Shown: piece by piece, positions 1 to 9,959 of the stretch
How positions within the stretch are numbered: position 1 is the stretch's first letter
Layout: every line of letters starts with the position of its first letter
Source: Bacteroidales bacterium
Lineage (GTDB): Bacteria > Bacteroidota > Bacteroidia > Bacteroidales > ML635J-15
Direction: 5' to 3'
DNA: 64,000 nucleotides
Assembly (NCBI GenBank): GCA_017994175.1
Contig: JAGOLH010000001.1
Coordinates: 58,394 to 122,393 of the forward strand
Translations under genes and position numbers: made by a program
Notes under the pieces: generated by a model
Database searches by the model: none
Told to the model about the DNA's origin: nothing
What the model saw: the letters and a program-made list of their open reading frames with translations, nothing else

Positions 1-348
1 AACAAGGCTCAATTGCAGATTACCGTAAACCGGGCTAACGAATTGGGATTTGCTCCTCCGCCAAAACTAACTCTTGTAGCCGAAAACGAAGATGGCTTAA
101 ATACATTTCTAACGGACTACAAAATAAATTCATCGTATTTTGGCGGAGTCCTTGATGAATCGGACTATACCTACACATTTAACATACCATTTCATTTGCA
201 GGAGCTCTTTTCCGACCAAAATCTGATTGACAACGGAATATTTCTATTCCCCCTTGATAACCGCACTGATGCAAGCCGTGTAACTGTGTACGGGGGCGAT
301 AGTCCTGTAAATTCAATGAAGTTAATAATCATGTATTCAAAATTCTAA
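1..348 (+). CDS. DUF4270-like protein, C-terminal part (5' truncated by window edge)
   Basis: Frame is open from base 1 (AAC AAG GCT CAA TTG...). C-terminal YTFNI...R-x-x-x-Y-G...MKLIIMYSK pattern and position directly upstream of glmS match the usual Bacteroidota arrangement. Confidence 0.55.
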   Translation, partial: NKAQLQITVNRANELGFAPPPKLTLVAENEDGLNTFLTDYKINSSYFGGVLDESDYTYTFNIPFHLQELFSDQNLIDNGIFLFPLDNRTDASRVTVYGGDSPVNSMKLIIMYSKF

Positions 349-355
349 TAATACC

Positions 356-2191
356 ATGTGTGGAATCGTCGGATATTTAGGTTACAGAGATGCTTACACA
401 GTGCTGATCAGAGGGCTGAAAAGGCTTGAATACAGAGGCTACGACTCTGCGGGGATTGCTTTGCTTAACAGCAAAACTAGAATTTACAAATGTAAAGGGA
501 AAGTATCTGATCTCGAGAATCTGGTCGCCGATCAGGATACAAGCGGTAATATAGGCATGGGTCATACACGATGGGCAACACATGGCGAACCAACTGATGT
601 AAATGCACACCCTCATCTTTCCATGAACAAGCAATTTGTTGTTATACACAACGGAATAATCGAAAATTATAACCAGCTACGCAACGAACTTGTTGAAGAA
701 GGATATACCTTTATTAGCGAAACCGACACCGAGGTACTTGCAAACCTTATAGAATATGTTTACAGGAAACTGGAAGTACCCCCCGAGGAAGCTGTAAGAG
801 TTGCCTTGACAAAAGTAATCGGAGCCTATGGGATTCTAGTGGCATTTACTCAAAAAGCCAATACAATTATTGCGGCTCGTAAAGGGAGCCCTCTGGTAAT
901 AGGTAAAGGTCAGAATGAATACTTTTTTGCCTCCGATGCCACCCCAATTATTGAGTATACAAACAGCGTGATCTATTTGAATGACGACGATATTGCCATT
1001 GTTAATAAATCAGGGCTTCATCTGAAAAGCGTAAGTAATATTACCAAAAAGCCTGAAATACAAAAAATTGAGCTGGACATCGAGGAAATTGAAAAGGGAG
1101 GATTCGATCATTATATGCTCAAAGAAATATTCGAGCAGCCCCGTTCAATTACCGACACCTGCCGTGGTAGGCTCAATTATTACGACAAATCGCTCAAGTT
1201 GGGAGGACTTCATGCGGTTGGTTCAAAACTCATCGAGGCCGACAGAGTACTGATTGTTGCCTGTGGTACAAGCTGGCATGCAGCTTTGGTTGGGGAATAT
1301 TTGTTTGAGGAATTTGCCCGCATACCTGTTGAGGTTGAATATGCATCAGAATTCCGTTATCGTAATCCAATCATCAACAAAAATGATGTAGTAATTGCTA
1401 TCAGCCAAAGCGGAGAGACTGCCGATACTCTTGCTGCAATACGACTTGCAAAAGATTCAGGAGCATTGGTGCTGGGAATATGCAACGTCGTAGGCTCCAG
1501 CATTCCCCGTGAAACTCATGCCGGAGTGTACACCCATGCCGGACCCGAAATTGGCGTTGCATCAACAAAAGCCTTTACAGCTCAGGTTACTGTACTAATA
1601 ATGATGGCAATGCTGGTTGGTAAACAGAATAAAAGCCTGACGGAAAAAGAATATGATGATTTAATTGAAGAGTTATTTGAAATCCCCGGTAAAATTGAAT
1701 CAATTCTTGCCAAGTCGGATGAAATAAAAAACATCGCTGAATTATATAAAGATGCAACAAATGCCCTCTACCTTGGTCGTGGCTACTTGTTTCCTGTTGC
1801 CCTTGAAGGTGCTCTTAAGCTCAAGGAGATTTCATACATCCACGCTGAAGGTTATCCGGCAGCCGAAATGAAACACGGACCAATTGCCCTTATCGATGAA
1901 AAAATGCCGGTTATTGTTTTGGCCACAAAAGACAAATCATACGAAAAAATTGTAAGCAATATTCAGGAAGTAAAAGCACGGAAAGGAAATGTTATTGCTA
2001 TTGTAACCGAAGGAGATACTGTTATTAAAAATATGGCAGATCATGTTATTGAGGTGCCTTACTCCGATTGCTCATTAGCCCCTTTGCTTACCGTTGTGCC
2101 TTTGCAGCTTTTGTCGTATTACATAGCGGTAATGCGGGGATGTAATGTAGATCAACCCCGGAACCTTGCCAAATCGGTTACTGTAGAATAA
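356..2191 (+). CDS. glmS: Glutamine-fructose-6-phosphate aminotransferase (isomerizing)
   Basis: N-terminal MCGIVG nucleophile, RLEYRGYDSAG, GHTRWATHG, two SIS domains, terminal PRNLAKSVTVE. Confidence 0.99.
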   Translation: MCGIVGYLGYRDAYTVLIRGLKRLEYRGYDSAGIALLNSKTRIYKCKGKVSDLENLVADQDTSGNIGMGHTRWATHGEPTDVNAHPHLSMNKQFVVIHNGIIENYNQLRNELVEEGYTFISETDTEVLANLIEYVYRKLEVPPEEAVRVALTKVIGAYGILVAFTQKANTIIAARKGSPLVIGKGQNEYFFASDATPIIEYTNSVIYLNDDDIAIVNKSGLHLKSVSNITKKPEIQKIELDIEEIEKGGFDHYMLKEIFEQPRSITDTCRGRLNYYDKSLKLGGLHAVGSKLIEADRVLIVACGTSWHAALVGEYLFEEFARIPVEVEYASEFRYRNPIINKNDVVIAISQSGETADTLAAIRLAKDSGALVLGICNVVGSSIPRETHAGVYTHAGPEIGVASTKAFTAQVTVLIMMAMLVGKQNKSLTEKEYDDLIEELFEIPGKIESILAKSDEIKNIAELYKDATNALYLGRGYLFPVALEGALKLKEISYIHAEGYPAAEMKHGPIALIDEKMPVIVLATKDKSYEKIVSNIQEVKARKGNVIAIVTEGDTVIKNMADHVIEVPYSDCSLAPLLTVVPLQLLSYYIAVMRGCNVDQPRNLAKSVTVE

Positions 2192-2235
2192 TAAAAATCA
2201 AAATAATAAAAACTGAAATTTTCTGTTACATTAAA

Positions 2236-4980
2236 ATGCATCTGAAATTTAACATAGCACAGTCGAAAACCAGTGTATATATTGTAATCGGTTTACTGTA
2301 TCTCTCACTGCTTGGCTGGAGTTGCTCCACAGAAAAAAACACCTTTTTATCAAGAACTTACCACAACACCACAGCACGCTACAATATTTATTTTAATGCA
2401 AAGGAATCTTATAAAAAAGGCATTAAACAGGCAGAAGCTTCCAATACCGACAGCTACATTTCAATACTTCCCATGTTTATTATCAGCAAACCGGATGCTG
2501 CAAATTCGCTGGTGGGTGAAATGGACAAAACAATAAAAAAATCGTCGAAAGCCATAAAATTCCACTCAATTACCGCCAAGCCCAAGACAAAATCGGGTAA
2601 GCTCAGTGCAAAAGAGAAGGAGTTTTATAATAAAAAGGAGTTTTGCAAATGGGTCGACGACTCCTATCTTTTAATGGGTATGGCCTATTTTGCAAAACAC
2701 GATTTTTTCGAAGCAAGGCAGAATTTCGAATATCTCATTCGGCAATTCCCCAAAGAACTAGTTGCCTATGATGCTAAAATATGGCTAGCCAGAACTTTCA
2801 GCGAAAGTCAGAAGTATAAGAGTGCTAAAGAAATATTTGACCTGATTGAAGCCGATAAATCAATGCCCAAGAAATATCAGGGGCAATTTGCAGCTGCCTA
2901 TGCTGATTATTACATAAAACTTGGGCAATACGATGATGCTATCCCAAAACTGAAGAAAGCCATAAAATATGCCGGAAAAAAAAGTGCACGTATTCGTTAC
3001 ATGTATATTTTGGCTCAACTCTACGAAGCTACCGGTGATGCAAAAAGAGCATCGGAAATGTATGCGGCGGTCGCAAAAAAGAATCCCGTTTACGAAATGG
3101 AATTCAATGCACGCATAAACATTGCCCGTTTATATAGCGGTACAGGTGGGAAAGAAGTCCGTAAAAAGCTAAGGAGAATGCTCAAGGACGATAAGAATAT
3201 AGAATATCTCGATCAGATTTATTATGCTATTGCCGAAATTGACTATAGGGACAAAAAAACTGATGATGCCATTAAAAACTACAAGTTGTCCTCAGAAAAA
3301 AGTATGGCAAACAACTATCAGAAAGCACTTTCTTGTGAGAAATTGGGAAAGATATTCTTTGGCAGAAAAGACTATATAAATGCTCAGGCATATTACGACA
3401 CCTGCCTTGCAAACCTTCCGCTTGATTACAAATCGTATAAGGAAATTCAGGATTTGAGCAACAACCTGAATGATCTGGTGATTGAACTGAATACAATTAC
3501 CCTTGAGGACAGCCTTCAGAAAGTTGCAAAAATGAGTGAAAAAGACCGCAATAAACTTATCGACGATATTATTGCCGATTTAATTGAGGAAGAAAATCGC
3601 CAACGTGAACTCGAGCAGGAACAACAGATGAATTCAATGCTGTTCGATCAACGCAGAGACGGATACCAGAATAATGTTTCAGCTCCGTCGGGAGGTAAAT
3701 GGTATTTCTATAACCCCTCGCAATTAAGCTTCGGACGTAATGAGTTTGTTAAAAAATGGGGAAACCGCAAAAACGAAGATCACTGGAGACGAAAAAACAA
3801 AAGTGTAGTGAGCTTCGACAATGAAACTGCATCTACAGATAGCCTTACCTCCGACACGCTTAACACTAGAAAAGTTAGCGACAATAAAAAACGCGAATAT
3901 TACCTTCAGGATCTGCCATTAACCGATTCTCTGATTGCAAGTTCAAATTCGCGCATCATGGATGCGTTCTATAATGCCGGCAGAATTTATAAAGAACAGT
4001 TCGAAGATTTCGATCAGTCGATATTTTGCTTCAATGAACTGAACCGCAGGTTTCCGAATAATATCTACCTGCTGACATCGTACTACAATTTATACCTTCT
4101 GCATAAAATTAAGGGAAATGCTTCTGAAATGGAGACTTATCGAAACCTTATCATCACAAAATTTCCAACTTCGCATTATGCCAATCTGCTTCAAAACCCG
4201 AACTATGTAAATGAGCTAAAAGCAAAGCGGGAGTCAGATATAGCACTGTATATGAACACGTATGATGCATATGTGCAGGGCAAATGTCAATTGGTTAACA
4301 CCAATACCAACAAGTATTTTTCGGGGAAAACCGAGAAAGACCTTGAAGCCAGATTTCGCTTTATTTCCGCACTTTGCGTTGGCAAAACAATGGATGAAAT
4401 GAGTTTTAAGAAAGCGCTGGTTGATTTTATCGGCGATTACCCGAACGATGAACTTGCCCGCACTGCGCAGGACATTCTCTCCTATTTTGGTTCAGCAAAC
4501 ATTGAAGAATTGCGCAAAGAGCTGGCAGCAAGACCTTCTATAGTAAATGATGACGCAAACCTGATTTTTAATACCAATACTTCCGATTCCCTAATTGCAG
4601 CCGAAGCTGTTTTTAAAAATAATGAGAGTGTTCCGCATTACTATATAATACTTGCCAATGCCGATCAGATTGATATTAATCGCCTGAGCTTTGAAGTAAG
4701 GAATTTCAATATTTTCACCTTCAGCCTTAAGAACTTCACGGTGATGAACATGCTTTTCGATGATAAGTATCAGATGGTAATTGTAAAAACTTTCGACAAT
4801 AAAAGGCAATCGCTTAATTATATGAAGATTATTAAAAACAATCCCGATGTCTTTGGCCGAATCGAAAGCAACGATTATAAGCAATTTACCATCTCTGAAG
4901 AAAACTATCAGGCTCTGAAAAAAGTTAAAAATATCAACTTATATCTTGACTTTTTCGAAACCAACTATGTAAATCCTTAA
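2236..4980 (+). CDS. sprE: T9SS periplasmic TPR lipoprotein, PorW/SprE family
   Basis: Lipobox-like GWSC followed by STEKNTFLSRTYHNTTARYNIYFN, TPR-like helices, WYFYNPSQLSFGRNEFVKKWGNRKNEDHWRR motif. Confidence 0.8.
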   Translation: MHLKFNIAQSKTSVYIVIGLLYLSLLGWSCSTEKNTFLSRTYHNTTARYNIYFNAKESYKKGIKQAEASNTDSYISILPMFIISKPDAANSLVGEMDKTIKKSSKAIKFHSITAKPKTKSGKLSAKEKEFYNKKEFCKWVDDSYLLMGMAYFAKHDFFEARQNFEYLIRQFPKELVAYDAKIWLARTFSESQKYKSAKEIFDLIEADKSMPKKYQGQFAAAYADYYIKLGQYDDAIPKLKKAIKYAGKKSARIRYMYILAQLYEATGDAKRASEMYAAVAKKNPVYEMEFNARINIARLYSGTGGKEVRKKLRRMLKDDKNIEYLDQIYYAIAEIDYRDKKTDDAIKNYKLSSEKSMANNYQKALSCEKLGKIFFGRKDYINAQAYYDTCLANLPLDYKSYKEIQDLSNNLNDLVIELNTITLEDSLQKVAKMSEKDRNKLIDDIIADLIEEENRQRELEQEQQMNSMLFDQRRDGYQNNVSAPSGGKWYFYNPSQLSFGRNEFVKKWGNRKNEDHWRRKNKSVVSFDNETASTDSLTSDTLNTRKVSDNKKREYYLQDLPLTDSLIASSNSRIMDAFYNAGRIYKEQFEDFDQSIFCFNELNRRFPNNIYLLTSYYNLYLLHKIKGNASEMETYRNLIITKFPTSHYANLLQNPNYVNELKAKRESDIALYMNTYDAYVQGKCQLVNTNTNKYFSGKTEKDLEARFRFISALCVGKTMDEMSFKKALVDFIGDYPNDELARTAQDILSYFGSANIEELRKELAARPSIVNDDANLIFNTNTSDSLIAAEAVFKNNESVPHYYIILANADQIDINRLSFEVRNFNIFTFSLKNFTVMNMLFDDKYQMVIVKTFDNKRQSLNYMKIIKNNPDVFGRIESNDYKQFTISEENYQALKKVKNINLYLDFFETNYVNP

Positions 4981-5033
4981 AACCCGGTTTACGTATTGAT
5001 TTATTTTTACTCTGACAATAATTTAACTAAAAA

Positions 5034-6593
5034 ATGAAGAAAATCAGCATATTATGGGTTGATGATGAAATCGACCTGCTTCGCCCGCACATTCTTTTCC
5101 TTCAGCAAAAAGGCTATGAACTCGAAACGGCCAACAACGGTTACGATGCCATTGAAATGGTAAAGAAAAAAGAATACGATATCTTTTTTATTGACGAGAA
5201 TATGCCCGGACTAAATGGCATTGAAACGTTAAAAGTCATAAAAGAAATTCAGCCATTGGTTCCCGTAATTATGATTACCAAAAGCGAAGAAGAAAACATA
5301 ATGGATGATGCAATTGGGTCGAAAATAAATGATTACCTGATAAAGCCCGTTAACCCGAATCAGATTCTACTCTCGATAAAAAAGAACATCGACCACCGCA
5401 GGTTGATTGCCCAAAAAACAAATTCAGAATATCAGATGGCTTTTTCGAAATTGGGAATGGAAATCAACGACTCTCTAACCCATCAGGACTGGATAAATGT
5501 GTACAAGAAGCTCGTTTACTGGGAGCTGGAACTGTCGCAATCTGCCGAATCGGCAATGGATGAGGTATTACAAATGCAAAAAAATGAAGCCAACAGTGCC
5601 TTTACAAAATATATTAAAAAGAATTACGCTTCCTGGTTCGGATCCAGTTCGGGCAATAAGCCAATTCTTTCGCCCAGTCTGCTGAAAGAAAAAGTATTCC
5701 CTCAGGTTTCATCCGGTAAAAAAACTTTTCTACTGGTTATCGACAATCTCCGTTTCGATCAATGGAAAGTAATTCAACCTGAATTAAATGAGTTTTATAA
5801 AACCGAAACAGAGGATATGTACTATTCTATCCTTCCCACATCAACTCAATATGCACGCAATTCGCTATTCAGTGGATTGATGCCTTCGGAAATAGACAGA
5901 CTGTACCCTGAGCTTTGGAAAAACGACGAAGAAGAAGGCGGTAAAAACCTTTATGAAGAAGATATGCTAAAAAAACTGGTGCGCAAGTACAACATATCCG
6001 ACAATCTGTTTTTTGAAAAAATTAATGATATTAAAAATTTAAGAAAAGTAAACGAAAGAGTGCGTGAAATTGTTGACACTTCCCATTTCATGGTTATGAT
6101 CGTAAATTTTGTGGATTATTTTTCTCATGCAGTTACCGACCAAAAAATGATAAAGGAGCTGGTTGGCAACGAAACCGCTTACCGTTCGATTACTCAATCC
6201 TGGTTTAAGCACTCCCCATTGCTTGAATTGTTGCGTTCATTATCGGAACTGGGGGTAAATCTGGTAATAACTACCGATCATGGAACAATTAAAGTGCAGA
6301 ATGCAATAAAAGTTATCGGAGAGCGCAATACAACAACAAATTTGAGGTACAAACAGGGGCGCAATCTGAACTACAACCCGAAAGAAGTGTTTGAAGTGCT
6401 GAAACCTGAATCAATTTATCTTCCAAGAACCAACCTGAGTTCATCGTATATCTTTGCAACCGGTAACGATTTTTTCGCGTATCATAATAACTTTAATCAC
6501 TTTGTTAAATACTATCGCGACAGTTTTCAACACGGAGGCGTGTCGCTCGAAGAAATGTTGATCCCTGTTATTCACTTAAGTCCTCGCAAATAA
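5034..6593 (+). CDS. porX: T9SS response regulator with receiver and PglZ domains
   Basis: Receiver ILWVDDE...FIDENMPG; PglZ motifs IDNLRFDQW, ILPTSTQYARN, TTDHG, FQHGGVSLEEM. Confidence 0.92.
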   Translation: MKKISILWVDDEIDLLRPHILFLQQKGYELETANNGYDAIEMVKKKEYDIFFIDENMPGLNGIETLKVIKEIQPLVPVIMITKSEEENIMDDAIGSKINDYLIKPVNPNQILLSIKKNIDHRRLIAQKTNSEYQMAFSKLGMEINDSLTHQDWINVYKKLVYWELELSQSAESAMDEVLQMQKNEANSAFTKYIKKNYASWFGSSSGNKPILSPSLLKEKVFPQVSSGKKTFLLVIDNLRFDQWKVIQPELNEFYKTETEDMYYSILPTSTQYARNSLFSGLMPSEIDRLYPELWKNDEEEGGKNLYEEDMLKKLVRKYNISDNLFFEKINDIKNLRKVNERVREIVDTSHFMVMIVNFVDYFSHAVTDQKMIKELVGNETAYRSITQSWFKHSPLLELLRSLSELGVNLVITTDHGTIKVQNAIKVIGERNTTTNLRYKQGRNLNYNPKEVFEVLKPESIYLPRTNLSSSYIFATGNDFFAYHNNFNHFVKYYRDSFQHGGVSLEEMLIPVIHLSPRK

Positions 6594-6594
6594 A

Positions 6595-7008
6595 ATGCCT
6601 GTTATCAGAATAAAATCAATCGCTGGTGTTGAAAAAGCTGCAAAACAGTTCTTGGAACTAACCAAAACCAACCGAATCGTTGCTTTTACCGGTGAAATGG
6701 GCGCAGGAAAAACCACATTTATAAAAGCATTATGTAAACTTCTTGGTGTTGAGAACATGGTAAACAGCCCTAGTTTTCCGATTGTAAATGAATATAAAAC
6801 CGATGCCAAAGTCTTAATATATCATTTCGATTTTTACAGAATTAAAAATACCGTTGAATTGCTCGATATTGGAATTGAAGAGTATTTTTCGGGAAAAGCA
6901 AAAATTTTTATCGAATGGCCCGAAAAAGCGCTTGAATTATTACCGCCGGAAACAATAATGGTAAAAATTATCATTGACAAAGATGATAGCAGAACCCTAG
7001 AATGGTAA
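6595..7008 (+). CDS. tsaE: tRNA threonylcarbamoyladenosine biosynthesis ATPase
   Basis: GEMGAGKTT Walker A, SPSFPIVNEY, HFDFYR, IEWPE. Confidence 0.95.
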   Translation: MPVIRIKSIAGVEKAAKQFLELTKTNRIVAFTGEMGAGKTTFIKALCKLLGVENMVNSPSFPIVNEYKTDAKVLIYHFDFYRIKNTVELLDIGIEEYFSGKAKIFIEWPEKALELLPPETIMVKIIIDKDDSRTLEW

Positions 7009-7623
7009 ATTTAGTTTGCGGAATAATTGCGGGAGATTTTTTTCGCGGTATTCCTCAACAAAAAAGCCTAACATTTCAGCAGTGCGACAATTAGCTCTTG
7101 AGTCATCAATGAAAAGAGTTTCAGAAGGATCGATGCCTGTAATATTAATCATATAATTGAAGATACCTTTATCGGGTTTTCGCAGCCCGATTTCGTGAGA
7201 GAAAAAAGCCTTTTCTACCAAAGATTCCAGATTTTGTATATCATGGTATTTATTCAGGTTCTCGGTGTAATATTCATAGTGTATTCTATTAGTATTGCTC
7301 AGGATAAATGTACGATATTTATTCCGCGCCCTTTTCAATAACTCAAGATTCTCCTGTGGAAAATCGAGAATCAAGGCATTCCACGCATCGATAATTATGC
7401 TGTCATGCAAATTGGTGTTTGTAATGATTCTTACTTTTTCGCAAAATGCACCGGCATTTGTTCTTCCGGTTTCCAGATCATCGAACAGCTCGGTTTGCAG
7501 CGACAAGGTATATAATTTGTCGAAGTTTGGTATTCCAAGTTTCGAGAACTCTTTCACCGATAATTCCGGATTTATGTTCAGAATTACATTCCCCAGATCG
7601 AATACCACATTTTTTATTAGCAT
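6997..7623 (-). CDS. HAD-superfamily phosphatase (YihX-like)
   Basis: Motif I FDLGNV, LSNTN, RKPD, FIDD. Confidence 0.9.
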   Translation of the reverse strand: MLIKNVVFDLGNVILNINPELSVKEFSKLGIPNFDKLYTLSLQTELFDDLETGRTNAGAFCEKVRIITNTNLHDSIIIDAWNALILDFPQENLELLKRARNKYRTFILSNTNRIHYEYYTENLNKYHDIQNLESLVEKAFFSHEIGLRKPDKGIFNYMINITGIDPSETLFIDDSRANCRTAEMLGFFVEEYREKNLPQLFRKLNLPF

Positions 7624-7917
7624 CGGTTTTATAAAATATTTTCAAAGTAAATGAAATTTCCACGTTTGGCTTAGTTCTTAATAACAATAAATATCAAAGT
7701 AAATTGCATAATTAAATGCAACATTCCGCTATATGAAACACCGGTGCATACCACGAGGAAAATTTTCAATCATCTGAATTGCAATGATAAGGTCTTTTGT
7801 TGAAAAATCAATTCTTGGGAACCTACAAAAAAGCATTCAAAATTTATAGTTACGCTTAATTTGAATATTAGTAAAAAAAAATATAATATTGCACTCTGAA
7901 TTTGAAGAGCAGATTCA

Positions 7918-7991
7918 GGTCCCATAGCTCAGTTGGTTAGAGCACCTGACTCATAATCAGGGGGTCCTAGGTTCAAGCCCTAGTGGGACCA
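7918..7991 (+). tRNA. tRNA with CAT anticodon, most likely tRNA-Ile2 (lysidine type) rather than elongator Met
   Basis: Cloverleaf: acceptor GGTCCCA/TGGGACC, anticodon arm CCTGA-CTCATAA-TCAGG, T-loop TTCAAGC; C4:G69 and C5:G68 pairs typical of TilS substrates; CCA not encoded. Confidence 0.9.
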
Positions 7992-8029
7992 CAAAACCGG
8001 AGCAGCCGGTACATTTTTTTGAAACTCTG

Positions 8030-8102
8030 GGTCCCATAGCTTAGCTGGTAGAGCACCTGACTCTTAATCAGGGGGTCGAAGGTTCGAACCCTTCTGGGAT
8101 CA
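8030..8102 (+). tRNA. tRNA-Lys (CTT)
   Basis: Acceptor GGTCCCA/TGGGATC, anticodon loop CTCTTAA, T-loop TTCGAAC; CCA not encoded; a small ACCGG-AGCAG-CCGGT hairpin (7996-8010) lies in the spacer between the two tRNAs. Confidence 0.92.
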
Positions 8103-8204
8103 CTTTTATCAAGATTACCAAATATTCTTTCTTTTTTTTTTACAATCTGCCAGAAAGAACATTTTTGCATAATTTTTGTTATAATTTGGTAAATAAAACG
8201 CATT

Positions 8205-9056
8205 ATGAGAAAACTATACACGCTTATTGTTATAATACTGCTATTTGGATCCTTACCAAAACTAACTTTTTCGCAGGCATACACAAATCTGGATTTTGAG
8301 GTATGGACCACTTCAATTATTGGGGATAGCCCTACCGGATGGGTTACGTTAAACGCAACCAAAGAAACCTCGGATGTTTATTCGGGAAACTATGCCTTAC
8401 GCCTTGAGACGAAAAACTCTATTATGGGGCTTCAACCCGGATTAGCAACTATTGGAGTAATGCAAGGCTTAAATGTTATTCCAGGAGAGCCTTATACCGG
8501 GGTACCACAAACCATAAGCGGATATATAAAATATAATCTGGCGGAGGGAGATACTGCGCTTTTTTACATCCGGCTTACAAACAATGCAGAAATTATTGCT
8601 TCTGCCGATACCATGTTTGCCGGAGTGAATACCGAATGGACCTTTTTCAGCTTACAGATCAACTGGTATACATGGGGAGTACCCGACAGTATTCAGATGG
8701 GAATTACCTCAGGAGGCAACAGTAGCCTCATTGGCTACAATATTGGAACATTAACAGCAGGCAGTTGGCTACTGGCAGACGCCTTTTCTCTTTCGAATTC
8801 CGTTGCCATTGAAAAAACTAACGCTTTGGATAACAACATTGCCATATATCCCAATCCATCGAAGGGTACAGTTTATATAACCAACGCAAAAAACTCGGAC
8901 ATAGTAGTTTATAACATGATAGGGAAACGGGTAATGAGTGTGAATAACTTCAATTCAGATCGATTGAATATTTCGAGTTTACCCAACGGGAACTATGTAT
9001 TCCAGGTTCTTAAAAACAACGCCGTGACTACTCAAAAAATCATTCTATCAAAATAA
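8205..9056 (+). CDS. T9SS type A CTD secreted protein with a carbohydrate-binding-like (PCMD-like) domain
   Basis: Sec signal; C-terminal IAIYPNPSKG...VYNMIGK...LPNGNYVFQV...TQKIILSK sorting domain. Confidence 0.85.
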   Translation: MRKLYTLIVIILLFGSLPKLTFSQAYTNLDFEVWTTSIIGDSPTGWVTLNATKETSDVYSGNYALRLETKNSIMGLQPGLATIGVMQGLNVIPGEPYTGVPQTISGYIKYNLAEGDTALFYIRLTNNAEIIASADTMFAGVNTEWTFFSLQINWYTWGVPDSIQMGITSGGNSSLIGYNIGTLTAGSWLLADAFSLSNSVAIEKTNALDNNIAIYPNPSKGTVYITNAKNSDIVVYNMIGKRVMSVNNFNSDRLNISSLPNGNYVFQVLKNNAVTTQKIILSK

Positions 9057-9060
9057 AATA

Positions 9061-9711
9061 ATGAAAAGAATTGCAGTTATTCTATCGGGTTGCGGACAAC
9101 TTGACGGCAGCGAAATTCATGAGGCTACACTAAGTTTGTATGCATTGTCGAAGCATGGGTTTGATTACCATTGCTTTGCCCCTGACATCGATCAGTACCA
9201 TGTTATTAATCATTTCACACGCGAAGTTGTTCCGGAGAAAAGGAATGTTCTTATTGAATCAGCCAGAATCGCCAGAGGCAATATTAAACCACTTAGCGAT
9301 TACAATGCATCGAACTTCGACGGGCTTCTCTTACCCGGGGGGTATGGGGCAGCAAAAAACCTTTGTTCATATGCGGTAGAAGGAGAGAATTTTTCGGTGA
9401 ACAGCCAAGTAGAAAATGCTCTATTACAAACATACAAGGCCGGAAAACCTATTGTTGCACTATGCATTGCTCCTGTAATTATTGCAAAAGTTCTAAAGGC
9501 TGATGTTACCATTGGCACCGATGCGGTTACATCCGGGCATATCATGCATGTTGGAGGAAAAAACAAACCCTGCAATGCCACCGGGTATTACTACGATACT
9601 GATAAAAACATAATCACTACTCCCTGCTATATGGAGGCAAAAAGCATTGCCGAAGTTGGGGCAGGTATAGAAAACGCTGTACTGAAGCTGAAAGAAATAA
9701 CTTCGGTTTGA
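9061..9711 (+). CDS. elbB: DJ-1/PfpI-family glyoxalase ElbB
   Basis: ILSGCG..DGSEIHEA, ESARIARG, PGGYGAAKNL, LCIAP, TTPCYM. Confidence 0.9.
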   Translation: MKRIAVILSGCGQLDGSEIHEATLSLYALSKHGFDYHCFAPDIDQYHVINHFTREVVPEKRNVLIESARIARGNIKPLSDYNASNFDGLLLPGGYGAAKNLCSYAVEGENFSVNSQVENALLQTYKAGKPIVALCIAPVIIAKVLKADVTIGTDAVTSGHIMHVGGKNKPCNATGYYYDTDKNIITTPCYMEAKSIAEVGAGIENAVLKLKEITSV

Positions 9712-9749
9712 ACATTGTAAAAAAAAAGCGGTTATACATAAAATTAAAA

Positions 9750-9959
9750 ATGAAGAGCTTAATTAAAAAGTACTATCTCTTGGTATTGTTTACCATTATT
9801 GGAGCCACCGGCGGATTTCTGTACTGGAAATTTGTTGGTTGCGCTTCCGGCGCATGCCCTATTAAATCGTTGTGGTATTTGAGTACTTTATACGGCTCAA
9901 TATTTGGCTTTCTTATCGGAAGCCTCCTTTCCACTTCTATAAAAAAATCTCAAAAATGA
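9750..9959 (+). CDS. Small membrane protein, DUF6132-like
   Basis: Two hydrophobic segments flanking GFLYWKFVGCASGACPI; start moved to ATG 9750. Confidence 0.7.
   Translation: MKSLIKKYYLLVLFTIIGATGGFLYWKFVGCASGACPIKSLWYLSTLYGSIFGFLIGSLLSTSIKKSQK

Noticed and set aside
7918-7991. Initiator tRNA-fMet assignment
   Set aside because: Has a paired G1:C72 and lacks the three consecutive G:C pairs in the anticodon stem
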